Source of the DNA: Chrysomallon squamiferum
Taxonomy: Eukaryota > Animalia > Mollusca
Reading direction: 5' to 3'
Length of the DNA stretch: 64,000 bases
Assembly (NCBI GenBank): GCA_012295275.1
Contig: CM022671.1
Coordinates: forward strand, 22,940,001 to 23,004,000
Below the pieces are notes generated by a model. The model ran no database searches. It worked only from the letters and a program-made list of their open reading frames with translations, and was not told the origin of the DNA. The translations under genes and the position numbers were made by a program. This document shows positions 13,007 through 27,300 of this stretch, piece after piece. Positions within the stretch are counted from its first letter, which is position 1. The number at the start of each line of letters is the position of its first letter.

Positions 13007-14672
13007 AGCCAATGAAACGGCAACATTAAGATGTGTGTGATTTCTGTGAGCTATGCACAGATGTCCGATGTAGATTCAGTAATGCTTTGAATTGATTTAC
13101 AATATCTTGTCAACAACTCCCACATTCTGTTTTCTTGAGTTTTACTATCTGACATTCAGAGAGCATCGACAAGCTTCTGAATCAGATTCGTGATAAGAAA
13201 AATAAACTATTTGTGAGATGTATCCCTGTAAGGCTGGAAGCTATTCATCTCGAGGCGACACAGCTTATCAATGGTCTCATTATATGATCGGGATCTGAGT
13301 ACTTTAATATTGTATAAGCAGGTAGGTGGGCTACTTCCTTCAAGCATTGCAAGACAAATCTTTAGTTTCCGTGCGTCCGTTTCAATATGCATACGTATGT
13401 AAGAGAGGGGCTGAATACATACTCGGGATAGTCACCAAAACGTTAATGAATCTAAGTCGATGAGAATGATTCTGAAGTAAACGAACCAATATTAATTACG
13501 TGAGGGTTCGGGTGGATTGAAACTGAAATTATGCATTTTTAAAAAATATTTTTCAATTATCTTTATTTATTATATGGATCTTCGCAAAAAAAAATACCTG
13601 TGAAAGTAAAATAAAAAATTCACAATAATAATTTCAACCACAAAAATTAACAGTAGTAGTAGTAGTAGTAGTAGTAGTAATAATAATAATAATAATGATG
13701 ATGATGATGACAATGACAATGCTAAATCTACGCGGACTGAATAATTTTTGATAAATTATTATTCTGCTTTTAAACTTACATTCTTGTCGTTGTTACAAGA
13801 TACGTGAATGTACAAATCTTAAAACTTTTCTGCGTATCATATCGACGACAATGATGTTGCCTATAAGATGGAATACTGCCCACGAACCAAAACAGAGTGA
13901 CAAAGAGAGCATCAGTTTCCACTGATCGTTAGATCTTCTGGTGTTGATTCATCAATCAATGCATGCCACGACATCCATCATAAACAGGAAATATGTGCGT
14001 ATTTACTTAACCCCGTGCCACTCGATAAAAAGATGACCAGAATACACTCAGTGTGTTAATGAATGGCTTTCTACTCCTCTAAGTCTTCATGCTGGCCTCG
14101 GAGTCCACAGAAATAGTTTATATCTTTTGGTGACTCCAGCAATATTTCGAATTAACTGTGATCCATGTTGTTCATCTGTGTACGCCATGGATAAAGAGAG
14201 CAAATTAATTTAATGGAATAAATCAAGCGATACGTTTGTGCTTCAATAAGCCGGAGGTAATGATTTTCAACAAATAGATTTTATCAAAGCTGTTTTCAAG
14301 GCTGGACTGCGATTTGTAATTAGCATGTAATTATGATTTTTATAAATAGTTACAACAGTATTCGAGTGGAATCTGTGTTTTTTTCGGTGTCATGTTAAGA
14401 AAGTGCCCTGTCGTCAAGAGAAAGTAATTAATTTATCAGTCAGCTGTGTTATAAGACAATACGTTGAACATATTTCTCAGAATTAAAGAGATATTTAATA
14501 GTAAATTCCATAGGCGTATCGTATCGCATGGGAAAAAAGCTACCAGCTCATCATTTTTTTATTTTTTGCCAACCGATGTTTTCGAATATTATGATTAATA
14601 AACTACAGCAATATATAGTGAAAATGTCTCTCTGTTTTCAGTCTCTCATATCACCCACACCCACACACACAG

Positions 14673-14771
<99 letters not shown>

Positions 14772-15618
14772 ATGTTTAAACATACAGAGAAATAAAACAT
14801 TTATAATTGCTTTCAAGATCCTTATGTTTTTGCATAACTCTGTAGAATAGAACATTCAAAGTATAGAAAAAAAAAAAAATGAAGTTAGCCATACTAATAT
14901 TAACTATTATGTGTATATGTAAATATTCATATTCATGTATAGATACAGACAAATAAAATAATCTGTTTTGCAGAAAAGTTCACATATGTAATCTAAATTA
15001 AATTACTGGTGCTTAACAACTCGTTATAATGTAGGATATTAGATGCCTGATGCCTTTAAATTTCCAAAATGCGGAAAAACAGCGAACAATTTAAAAGGTA
15101 ATTTGAAATACGTATCATTTTTTCTTGAAATCATATGACGCAGTATGACCGCGTGGAATTCAAGATAGACACGTTAATAACCGCTTTAGCTAGTAGGACA
15201 TTCTTGTTATTACAAAACACTATATAACAAAGTGTGTTACTTAAAACTCGATGATAAGTACAGTTTTTATTGATGGTCACTTTCCGACAGTTTTTAAAAT
15301 ACATCACTTGTTAATATTCTTAAAACAGGAATATAACACTTGTTTGGACGAAGTACTTGTTTAGACTCTTTGTTTTAGAAATATCATTCAAACAGGACAT
15401 CTTTGATTTATTAAGACAGCGCATAATTAAAATGGCACTCAACCGCTTCTTTGACTTTGATCCTCTCTTCACCTCAAAATACCAGTCTAATTTTTATCGA
15501 TAAGCCGTCATCCAGTAAATAAGGATACGTTCTGCAGAGTTTAATACATAAATCATAGTCAAAAAACAAATGTCAGTGTTGACCCACAAATCACAGAAAA
15601 TCGTTCGTTTTAGCAACC

Positions 15619-15661
<43 letters not shown>

Positions 15662-17554
15662 GCAAAAATGACAACAACAACAACTATGGCAACGATAAAC
15701 AAAAATATCCATAATCTTATAATATATTTAAGAGGAAAGAGATGTATATAAATTATTAATAATACATATATTAGGTATGTTGCTAATATTAAGTAAGATA
15801 CATTTAGATAGATGAAAAAAATATATATATTTTTTTTTTTTTTTGAACGTAACGAATTTAATATAAATAAATAGATAAATATTGTTACTAAAAAAATTAC
15901 TTTTTAAAAGTACGACTGCATCTTTTATTCATGCTATCTTCGTTAAAAATCACAACATGACTGGGATTCGGTCGACAGTTACACTTTAGTTGGCAGTCTC
16001 GGACAGCGTGACAGAAGTAAAATGATTAGCGAGAAATTCTGGCCGACAAAGGCAAAATGATTCCGAATCTGAATTATGGATTATTTTACAAAGACTGCGA
16101 ATTAAAAGACAGATGGCAGACGGCAATTTACATGATTTAGCACACATGGACTGAGAGGGACAGGGAGATGAAGGAAAGAAAAAAAGGAATTAAATGAAGA
16201 AAGGCAAAAAGAAACGAGAGAAAGAAAGAAAGAAAATCAGTTACGAAAATCCACGGCCGCCTGTGACATTAACAATGTTGAAGGCCACGAATTTTCTCCC
16301 CTGGACAATTATGAAGTACACTGGCCAAAAAAAAAAAAAAAAAAAAAAAAATTAATGGCTTCTGCTTGTGCACATTATAAATAATACTTGATTGTGATAA
16401 AATGTGGGTCTGTTCTGTATAAATTAAGATTGACGTAAAAAGAATGAAGGATATTTTCAGTGACAATTTAGCATATGAAGATATCGGATAGGGATATTAA
16501 TTATTAGATCTACATACAAATCTAATATTAATTTACAATGACAAAATTACTTTAGACCCAGACCGTTCATTAATACAAATAAAAGTTCTTTATAGTGGAA
16601 ATATTACTGGGAGGGTGACCATTCAATATGATGATAATAATAATATTAATAATAATTTATTAACACAAAAATGTACTATTAAAAAAACAATAAAAAAGGA
16701 TGTTTCTATTTTCATTTTGTCATACCATTGCTTTAATACATAATATATATTTCTTTTTAATAGACAGTAAAGGGCAACACTGCAAAAAATGTCAAAAGGA
16801 AGAAGCTTGAGATTTCTCAAAATTCTGACATTAAAAAAAATCAGGTGTTTATTATATTTTTTTCTTTATTTATTTTTGTTTTTTTCTTTCCTACTGTTAC
16901 TCAAAAATGATTTAAGAATTTCCTGTTTAGTGTCCTAGAAAAAAAAAAAAAAAAATCCTTTCTGATTTGAAAAGCAAAACGTAAAACTGCACTGAAAAAC
17001 AAATAAACGACATTTTTATTTCTTGATATATCCATCAAGTACTTCGTATTCTTCTGATACATTTTTTGATGTGAAGCATTCCTTTTGTCACTCACGTCAC
17101 ACAACAAGAATGTCGTTTTCAAACATACGTCAAGATCAAAGGTAATAACTAAATAAATAGTTCGCAATTGCAGATGTTTTTCTTTTGTTAAAAATTCCTG
17201 CTTTATATTCATTGAATCCAACAAAAAAAAAAAAAAGTAGAAAAAAAAAGAAGTTAATAGCTATGCTATATATATATAAATAGATGTATGAAGATCTGTA
17301 GTATTAAGTAATATTTAAATGTTTTTTACTGACTGCATCGTGCTTTATCTTTGATGTATTTTAAACAACTGTGTGCGTGGGTTCGTGTGTATGTGCATGC
17401 ATTCCTCTGTGCTTGTTAACAGAGGACAGTCCTGCCTGAGTGACAATAAGCAGAAGCTCTTTTTTTTTTCAACTTATGATTTGATCCGGCCCCAGGTCCA
17501 AATATTTAAGCACAAATAATGAAATAAAACTGACAAATAATAATGATGATGATG

Positions 17555-17622
<68 letters not shown>

Positions 17623-18841
17623 TGTTATGATGATGATAATAAATAAATAAATAAATAAATAAATAAACTTTCGTGTGGCTGCTACGACCATCACCAACTT
17701 GTGGGCGTTGATGTATTTTGCTTGTTAGGTGTCAGACGACACAGATAAAATGTACTTGACAACATCAACTGTCACAGGCAGAGAAGCAGGCAAGATTTGC
17801 TTTTTATGTTTTTCTTTTAGCTTTCAGCTGGTTCACAAGTTCAAGAATGGTTGGACACTAATCTTAATCCACTGGTATGGCACTCGAGAATGCAATTATG
17901 GCCGATTCCTGTGCAGAAGAAAACAAGTTATTCATAGCTCACAAGTGTTTGAAGACGTTTAGTATTTAATGTATGTCCTTCTACGGTAAAAGCAGCGAGT
18001 CGAGTGAAAAATACTGAAGTCCACGTGTGCCTTCAAGCCGAGGAATAGCTTTAAATGTGAATTTTGTTATGGCCAATTGTTAAATTATTTAGCGACTTGA
18101 TTAATTCCAGATTAAGGAATATTCCTATTCTGACTACTGCATACATTATTATACTGAAGGAATAACATCTAAATACATATACGTATGTGTGTAATCCTAT
18201 TTTTATTTTCCACAGGTGCACCTTTTTACGATTACCTTTTTTCGCTGAATATATATTTGAATATGTTCATTATTTTATTATTGTTGTTGTTGTTCTACAA
18301 TATATAGCTATAGATAAACAAATTAATATATATGTAGGTATAAATATAATAAATAATGTAAAATCTGGTATTAGTAGTTCCTGGATCTCAATAATAATTG
18401 CACATTTTTGTATAAACGTCCTTCGATTTTGTTACCAATAAAACGCTGGAGACATGCATGACAAATATCATATCATCTCATTGCTTCAGTGCTAATAAAA
18501 ACAATACAGATCAAAACAAAACACCCACCCACGAAAAAAACAAAACAAAACAAATACTAATTAGAAATGAAACGAAAGAATGACGTCCAAAACAGGACAA
18601 TTTGAAAGTGGTCTGCATGATTGTTACATGTGGGCGGTGTAAATTCGGCTAACGGGAATAAACATTACTTATTGATTAAGAGTATTACACAGTACCAGCA
18701 TCATTAGCAACAAATATATTCCTCTTACTAAAAATCTTCAATACAAAATTTGTTGTAGGGATGGCTGTATGGATATTGCCGTGTTGAGAGGGCAAATTTT
18801 AGTTTTAAAAATTCCGAACATAATAGTTATGTATAGTAGCT

Positions 18842-18882
<41 letters not shown>

Positions 18883-19050
18883 CAACCGTTTACTTTGGAA
18901 ATATCACCTAACTGACAGAATGGAAACTGGAAAAGAAACTAGGATAATAAAATCAGTGAAATGTTATTTAATTTCTTTTAAATTATTAAACTCTACAGCT
19001 CTCGTGTACATAATTCCAAATTTCCTGAAATAACTGTAAAAAGAAGAGGA

Positions 19051-19093
<43 letters not shown>

Positions 19094-19764
19094 AAAAATA
19101 AAAAAATAAAAAATAAAAAAAAAAAAAAAAATTGACAAAGAAAAATTAAAGAAAGATACAGATAAAATAAAAATAAAAATAAAGAAAACTGAAATAAAAT
19201 AATAATAATAAGAAAATAATGAATAAAAATAAAGAAATAAATAAACTCTGCATACAAACCAATCTTTTTGAATGGTACTTGAAAACAGCAATGGAATTCA
19301 ACATACACAGGAAAGAAAAACGAAGTAACGCAGCAGGGTGTTGTTTTAATATCAGATATAAAACTAACAAACAGTTCTGGCAGAGGGTACAGTTCAGTGA
19401 AACACTCACAGCCAAGTAATGGCAGAAGCGTGTGAGAGGAATGAAAGGATAATGCTAATTAAAATGTGAACCGTTGTGAAAACCTGAAACACAATCACAT
19501 ATGGAAATCAAATAAAACACAGTTTGCTACCATACAAAATCATTTGTAACATTTATATAATAAATAAGTAATAAAACAGAAATATTTCATGGCTAAATTG
19601 CAAGCAGTAATAATTACATATTATACACCTACCAACCCACTGCATTTAACTTTGCAGGGTATTTACCGTAATGAACCAAAGACTCAAATACTATAGGCTT
19701 TTTGTGTATTTAAATGTTATTGAATGGAACAAAGCTATGTTTGTGAAACACTGCTACAGAAAAT

Positions 19765-20025
19765 CCGGTACGTGGCAGAAAAACGTTTCTTTGAACTTTA
19801 CCACAGGAATAACTCTATAGACTCTGGACTTATATTATCCTAGGTGCATTCCCAACATCTGTTTATGAAAAGCCGTGGCAAATACTTCCATATTTGTGGG
19901 AAACTGCATATAAACGATCCCTTGCTTGGATTAAAAATAGAAGAGAGTCCTTAATCATTAATATAACTGTCGATTGTAAATGTATTACAACCATTATTAA
20001 TTAAAAACATGTTTTTCTTCCTTCC
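19765..20025 (+). mobile_element. Degenerate Nin-domain-type SINE remnant
   Basis: AAAGCCGTGG...TGTGGGAAACTGCATATAAACGATCCCTTGCT...GTCCTTAATCAT...TAAAAACATGTTTTTCTTCCTTCC resembles the gastropod Nin-SINE core and (TTCC)n tail as I recall it. The 5' tRNA-derived part is badly decayed, so the start is approximate. Confidence 0.5.
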
Positions 20026-20740
20026 TATATGCACTACCGTATACAATTAAACCAAAGCTGACATATCTTGAGACATATTCGTTACACAGTACAGTTAAAT
20101 TAACAGTTTAAACATCTCAAGATATGTTGTGCTGCAGCATTGGTTTCCATGCAGCTTCCCAAGTAAAATCTTTTGCTCAAATAAAATGAGGGTTGAAAAT
20201 ATTTTAAGAAAGTTGCTCTGTTCAAATTTCAATATTCCTGTCTAGCTCTGAACACCCTTTGGATACCTTTCATAAAATAATAGTATGGTGTATTGTGTAA
20301 ATTAAAATCAGGTTTTTCTCAAATATTAAACAAAATAAATAACAAGGAACTTATACAACAAATGCTTTGACATTTTCAAATTAAAAGAAAGAGGCATATT
20401 TGGGGGAAATAATGTCATATTACTGTTGCTAGTAAACCACATTTTTATTAGGCACATTGAAATTAGAAAAAACAAATTAGTGGATGTAATGTTGTGTATA
20501 TTATGAAGTAAATTACCAATGTATGGAAACTTCAAAACATCATAATATTATATTAAAAAAAAATATGCTCTGTATAAACTTGTACAAAAGTATGGTAAGA
20601 ATTCTGGAATAAAAAGATTCCAGACAATCTGTTCTTTTCTATATATTCTTCATTTGTTTTCAAACTTTATTAACTCCTATTACTATTTGGTAAGAAAAAA
20701 AAAAGAAAAGAAAAAGGTTGGTTCCAGAGATAAGCAGCTT

Positions 20741-22148
20741 TCAGTCAAAAGGATAATCTCGCTTTCTCTTCGGCTGTTTGACAAAGTCTGGATTGTACTG
20801 TGAGTTATATTTTCTCTGTCTGTCAGACACTGGCTCCTCCTCTTTGGTATCCTCCACAGCATCTCCCCGCAGTCTGGCTAGCAAAGCCTCAGTTCTCTGC
20901 CTCTCCTCCTGTTCCCTACGTTTCCGCTCAGCTCGAAGTTCCTCTATTGACTTGCCAGTCGAAGGTCTTGGTAATGAAGGGTCTGCTTTATCTTTGGTCT
21001 TGATTTTATGTTTATGCTTCTGAAGACAAAAAGTTTTAAATCCATAATTATGATTAAAAAAAATGAAAATTAATTTAACATAAATCAGTCAACATTTGTG
21101 TGAATAGTTATTTGCCTGTTATTCCCTGTCAGATCTTTCTGAAATTTGTGTTTCAAGTGTTGAAAATGTAATATCGAACAAAAGAAATGTTTAGGCTTTT
21201 TATATTTCATTAGAGTTAGCTGGTAGAAATAAACAAAACAGTCATCAAGACTGATACTGTAAATAATGGCAAACTTTATTTAACAACAGACCATAGCTTT
21301 CTAAAGATGAGGTTACCATATCAGTTCATGAAACACAGTAACTTTACATTGAAATAAATATACTTGTGTGACAAATATGTTTGGTGTACTCGTTTCCAAA
21401 TACATTACTATAATGAACTGTGACTGATCAAACCTTCTCTTTGTGTTTGTGCTTCTTCTTGTCCATGTATTTCTTCATGTCATTTAATGGGTCCATTGAT
21501 GACTTCTTTTTATATTCCTTATCAAATCTACAACAAAATGCATTAACAATTCAATCATTATCTATCAATCTCTGCATTTCAAGATATTAGTGTTATAATT
21601 TTGTTTTTTTAAATTACAAACATTCTTTTACGCTCATGAAACAGTGTAATTAAGACCTGTTACAATATGTTAAATAATATAAAGCTGTAGGTTAAACATA
21701 GCATTGAGGATAATCTCTATATAAGCATTCTTTTCTTCATTAATTGGAAAACCCTCTAATTTAGAGTTGTCAAAATAATCAAAAACATATGAAAACAGAT
21801 AAAATCAGAAGCATTAAAAAATAAAAAGAAGTATGAACAATATTTTATCTGAAATTTGATTTTGAATTAATATCTGGTTTATGAAATATTAGGGTAAATA
21901 AAAATAAATTTTATAGGATTTATAAATAAATATATAGGTGAAATAAAAACTATGGCCACCTGACTGTCTCTTCTTCTTCTTCCTCTTTCTTCTTTTTCTT
22001 GGATTTTTTCAGATACCATGGAACTTCATCTGTTTAAATGACAGAAAAAAGATAACAAAAAAATTTTGACAGTGGCTGTTTAAAAACAAGTTAATCTTGA
22101 GCTAAAATTAAATGACAAAGGCATAACTTTTATTATTATTTATAAACG

Positions 22149-22179
<31 letters not shown>

Positions 22180-23915
22180 ATTCTTTTAAGATTGAAAATA
22201 TTTTTAAACAAACAATGAAAAAAGGTTGTTGAGCAAACTAACTTTGTTCTTCAATTGAACTTTTTCCCAGGTATGTTAACAGGCCTATACTTTTCTCCCA
22301 TTTTTCTTTTTCTGCTTTCTTCTCTGCTTCGTGTTCAGCATTCTTTCCATCCTTCTTCAGCTGCCATAGATGTGTAGAAAACAACAAATACATTATGTAT
22401 TTCTTAAATTCTGTCTATTTTTCAACATTTTATTATAAACGTTTGTAGAACCAATAAACAGGATCCTGTTAGTGTGACAAAAATATCATTCTCTAACCAA
22501 ATATTTGATCAGTTATGAAAAAACTATAAATATTTTATAGAAGGTTTTTAATATGAAAGAGAAAATGAATTGGTTCACACATACCATTACATTAATTAAA
22601 GAAACATATACAATATCTATTAAGTTTACTAAAATTTCAAAAAATCATTTTATTATGTTCTCTTAATAACCACAAAGCATTTTAAAAATAAAATAGAAAG
22701 AAGTGTAACAGCAATGATTAAAAAGAAAAAGCAAATTCTGAAAAACATGTTAAATTTATATATATATTTGTGTATTATAGATATGTGGATTAGTACTCAA
22801 AAAAATCTGTAATTTGCTACAAAGTACCACAGTATACTAGTTCAGCCAATAAAGGCCAGCAATACCCCTTGTTCTATGTCACTGAAAAAGTTTATGTGCT
22901 CTGATTTTTCTGAACTGACAACTGCTGTTTCATTTTCAAATGTCTTGCTTGTTACAGGTGGTGTGATATCAGTTCCTTTCAATCTCTCTTTCCCTCTTTT
23001 TCGCAGAATCTCTGTTCTTGCTTCCTGCTCCTAACAATTGAACAAAATACATCAGTCCAAATGCACAACAGATATAATTAGATAAATTGGCTAAATCTAA
23101 GGTGTATTGCTATTAAGAATGTATATCTTCCCTTTTAAAATGCCTACATTTATTTTGCATTTACTACTGGTAATACAAGAATAAGTGTAATATTTCTTGA
23201 TAAGATACAAGCTAATTTTATATTATTACTGACAACAACATGTAAAATTATAATTATATTTGATTTCCTATTATCTGGCAATATTTAATAAATATAAATA
23301 GTTCAGTACTAAAACACAAACAGTGTTAGGATATTCAAAGATTTATTTTTTACTTTAACTGCCTTGAAAGGTATGGTGTAACAGAGTATGCTAACACAAT
23401 GAAAATCTTAATAATGAAAAATTATGTCACTGACTGCTAACGCAATTCTTCTCTGTCTTTCTTTTTCTTCTTCTGCAGCCTTGGCCTCATCTCGATTAAC
23501 TCTGTCTATATTTTTCTTTGTTCGCACATGCCAACTGAAAATATCAATGAACACAGTATATAATTTTACAATGACAAAATCTTCATTTTAATCAGCTAAG
23601 TTATGACGATTATAAAATTGAAAAATGTGGTAATATTAAATATATTTAGAAAAATAATATATATATATATATTTAAAAGATCCATTATTTTACTGATTTA
23701 ATACTTAAACATCAAAAAATAAATAAATAAATAAATAAATAAAATAATAAATTCTAAAAAATCGTGTAAAATAGAAAACAGATTCTAAAGAACTAAGTTA
23801 CAGTAAGTAATCACCACTATTTAAACCAACCTGTCAATATAAATATTTTTATATTAATTATCTGAATTATACTGGATGTAAAATGTGTATACCTTTTATG
23901 CGGCAATATATTCAT
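20741..23915 (-). CDS. LENG1: Leukocyte receptor cluster member 1 homolog (LENG1; CIR_N domain), 7 exons, 282 aa
   Basis: Exons 23915-23893, 23534-23435, 23030-22866, 22360-22243, 22029-21960, 21527-21434 and 21019-20741. All introns are GT-AG, phases are consistent, total 849 nt. Translation [53 protein letters not shown]...HINFF...[10 protein letters not shown]...PWY...MDPLNDM...[13 protein letters not shown]...YNSQYNPDF matches LENG1 hallmarks. AATAAA on the minus strand at 20666-20671. Confidence 0.95.
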
Positions 23916-24368
23916 TGTCGTCACTATTTAATATAATATAAATCTAAAATAAAAGTATGAAGTCCGATCAGTTTCAAAACTGATTCTATAAATTGATACG
24001 CTTGTTCCGTAAATTCCATCTCAGAAAGTAAAGAACCATTGCGAAATCGAAACAGCACGAAGGAATCATATTTATTTTATTTTTGCTTTGCTTTAAAATT
24101 CGAGAAACACATTTTCACTTCTTTTTTTCTTCTTCTTTTTTTTTAAATTAAATTTAAAAAAATGTCAATCTGGTATAACATGAACTTCTATTAGTCTATT
24201 TAAGTTATCTCCCTTAGATTATAGGTAGTTGCAAAAAGCACTGCCGCTGTCAGTATTATACGTTTAAGGGAATTAACATGTGTTTTTGTCGTGTGCAGAA
24301 AGGTGTTTCATGATTTGATTGTATTTCATTATCGAAGATCGTGGTTCAGACGGATCCATAGCGAAATA
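23916..24368. promoter_or_regulatory. Bidirectional promoter/5'UTRs between LENG1 and C11orf54 copy 1
   Basis: Divergent ATGs are about 450 bp apart. Contains GTTATCTCCCTTA and an oppositely oriented TAAGGGAATTAAC. Retained in both duplicates (35900-36325 and 45509-45943). Confidence 0.75.
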
Positions 24369-27300
24369 ATGTCGTCCAAGAAGTCAACATTACCTGTGCA
24401 AAAAGCTCCTATGCACGTTCCACCAATGGAAGAAATTATAAAAGGTTCCTTTAGACTCTGGAGTTCTCTAATGATTATTACTTATTAGTACTAATAGTAC
24501 CGACACTTTGAGTTTGACATATTTAACTCTCTTAAATGCGAATAGTCACTGCTAATTTTTTTAACCTTTAAGGTAGTTGGCAATAGATTACCCATCAGAT
24601 ATTTAATTATTTCATATTTGTTTATGAAAATAGAAAACATTTTAGTATTTAATATATATATAATTTACTGAAATTGATTTACCAAAACTTCTTAAGTCTT
24701 CAGTTAGCATCAAACGTTTTTGTTTTTTACAGTTTAGAGCAAGCCCTTTTCAGTATGTTCCTAAATGACAGTATTTTGCTATGATTTGTCCGTTTGTGCA
24801 AATATATAAAAAAAAATCTCATAAACTTAAGTTCATTTTGGCTTTATTAGGATTTAAACAATTTTTGATGATGACAAAATGGATTATGAACATCAGTTTT
24901 ATTTTCAGTTTATGTATTTATTGTTAAAGTTATTTCTTTTCATTATACATATGCTTTATTATTTATATCAGATGCAAAGCTAAAATTGCTACATTAGTAC
25001 ACTAAAATTTTAAAATTTTCTTTTAATAAAGGTTTATTTTTCTGTAGTGTTGCAAGAAGGTTTGGAGAAGAATTTTACCAGTGTTAAAGTGTCTGTGGTT
25101 GAATGTCCCGATCTAACAAAAGAGCCATTTTTCCTTTCTTCTCCAGGTAAAAACGACAATAAAAAAACAAAACAAAACAAAACATAAACAACAAAACAAA
25201 ACTTTAAAAAAACAAAAAAGTAAAAACAACAAACAAACAAACAAACAAACAACAAACAACAAATTATAAAATACAGCATTATAGTAATTCTAATGGTCAC
25301 TAAAGGTGTCAGGCAAAGACATAGGATTTGATAAATATTTTGTTTCATTATAATGATATAATAGAAGTTTCCTGTGTGTTTATTTAAACTCATGTATGAT
25401 TTTCTGAATTGAGATGAGATTAGGAACAGTATATAACAGTAATATCTGATATTTCAATTATTACTTCTCTTTTATGACAAACTAGGTGATTTAAATTTGT
25501 GAGTGTATGTAAAGTTAGTCATATACCAAAGCTGATATTACAGACTACATTTGTATAGGTATATGTGGCAAGGCTAGGCTTGCTGATATTGGTGGTCCAC
25601 CATATCTTCTTCCACTTGCACAGAAGGACAAGGTAAATTGTTTATGATGTTCCATAATAAATATGAAAATTAATATGAATGTATATGCAATACCAGTTCA
25701 ATGATAGTGGAAATAACAAATAATGCTTAGTAGGAAGTATTAATTTTTGTTATTGTACAGATTTTCATTCTTTAACATTTAAAAGGATACTTGTTATTTT
25801 TATAACTTAGTGTTTTTAATAATACTTGTTATTTTTATACTATTTTGCAATTATAATTATTGATATTTTATTTTTGTTAGACTGATTAATAATTTACAGT
25901 TTGCATTATTATTATTATTATTATGTTTCCTTAGCATTTTTAAACAAAATAATTTCCATAAAATATAGAAAACAGTAGACAGTGTACTTCTGTAGGCTTG
26001 TTGTTTTTTTTTTTTTTTTTAACTAAATTCTTTATGATTAGAAAAGGTTGGTGGCAGATGGTAAAAAACGCAGTCACATGGAAGTATATGAAATGTATTT
26101 AGATGTTTGTGTTTGTATTATAAAATACACTTAAAATGCAATATTTTAGATGATTTGTTCAATTTATACTGAAATAACACTTTTACCTTTTTCATATTTC
26201 TTGAAATAAAACCATGCAAATTATAATTTTGTACAGATTCAAGTATATCAGTTTTTGTCATTTATTTTAACTGAGTTTATTTTTAGAAATTCAACTTCAT
26301 GGATATATCGAAACTTGTTGATCTCCCAGGAGCCTTCATGATAGGGGCAGGAGCAGGCCCACACCATGTTGTAGGAGTCAATTCTGAGGTAAATGTTTGA
26401 ATGGGTTGAAGGTGAGGTGTGATTTTTCTTCTTTTTTTTTTTTTTTTTTTTGAAAGAGTTTTATATTTATATTTTTGTTAAGTTGCATGATTTTAGACAT
26501 TTGAATTTCACTGTGTTGAATTGTAAAATGTATTTTGGAAATGTTTCATGTTTTATATTTATATTTTTGTTAAGTTGCATGATTTTAGACATTTAAATTT
26601 CACTGTGTTGAATTTTAAAATGTATTGTGGAAATGTTTCTTTGTTATAATAATAATTTAAGATGCTATGTTGATCATTTTCTTAATGATTATGCAAAAGT
26701 TTCAAAAGGGGTTTTACAGTGTACAGTTCATATTCATTTAATTTTTTTCCCCCAAATACATTAGAATGTTATAATCAGTTAATGGGATTGATGTCATTGA
26801 AATTCTGATCATTTATTTGTCTTGTTTATTAGTTTTAATTAATATGCTAAAAATATTAAATAAAATACAATGAGATGGGAAGGGACACAACTCTTTTTGT
26901 AATACCTTCTGATAGGCATTGGTTCAAAGCAGATGTTATATGTTCGCAGTGCATGATTCAGAGACATACAGCAAACAGATGTACTCTGAGATCTACTGGT
27001 ATTATAGATTGATCTTGTTTTTATTGGATGTTAGTTCTTCTTGTTATTTTTATTATTATTGTTACTGTTATAGTTAATCTGCAATGTGAAGCTTGCAGAG
27101 GACAAGGATAAAGAAATTACCAATCAGTCTTACACAGCTAAAGTTGATGTCAAGGTACTTGCAGTTTTAACACTAATCACTTATTTCATTCCATTATAAA
27201 CAGTAAGGAAGTAGTTAGTATAATTTTCACAATAACAATATCAAGACTATAAAAAAAATGTGCTGACTTTTGTTAATTATTTTCCATGACAAACACCGAA

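Noticed and set aside
13218-13300. Plus-strand peptide YPCKAGSYSSRGDTA resembling a Cys-rich GCC2/ephrin-receptor-like repeat
   Set aside because: The following Cys is missing, there is a nearby stop, and there are no convincing splice sites or neighbouring exons.
20778-21023. Plus-strand ORFs 20778-21023 and 20800-21003
   Set aside because: Antisense shadows of the LENG1 last exon.
24291-24368. N-terminal extension of C11orf54 from a GTG start (also 36248 and 45866)
   Set aside because: A non-ATG start called by the ORF finder. The ATG at 24369 gives a family-typical length, so this stretch is treated as 5'UTR.
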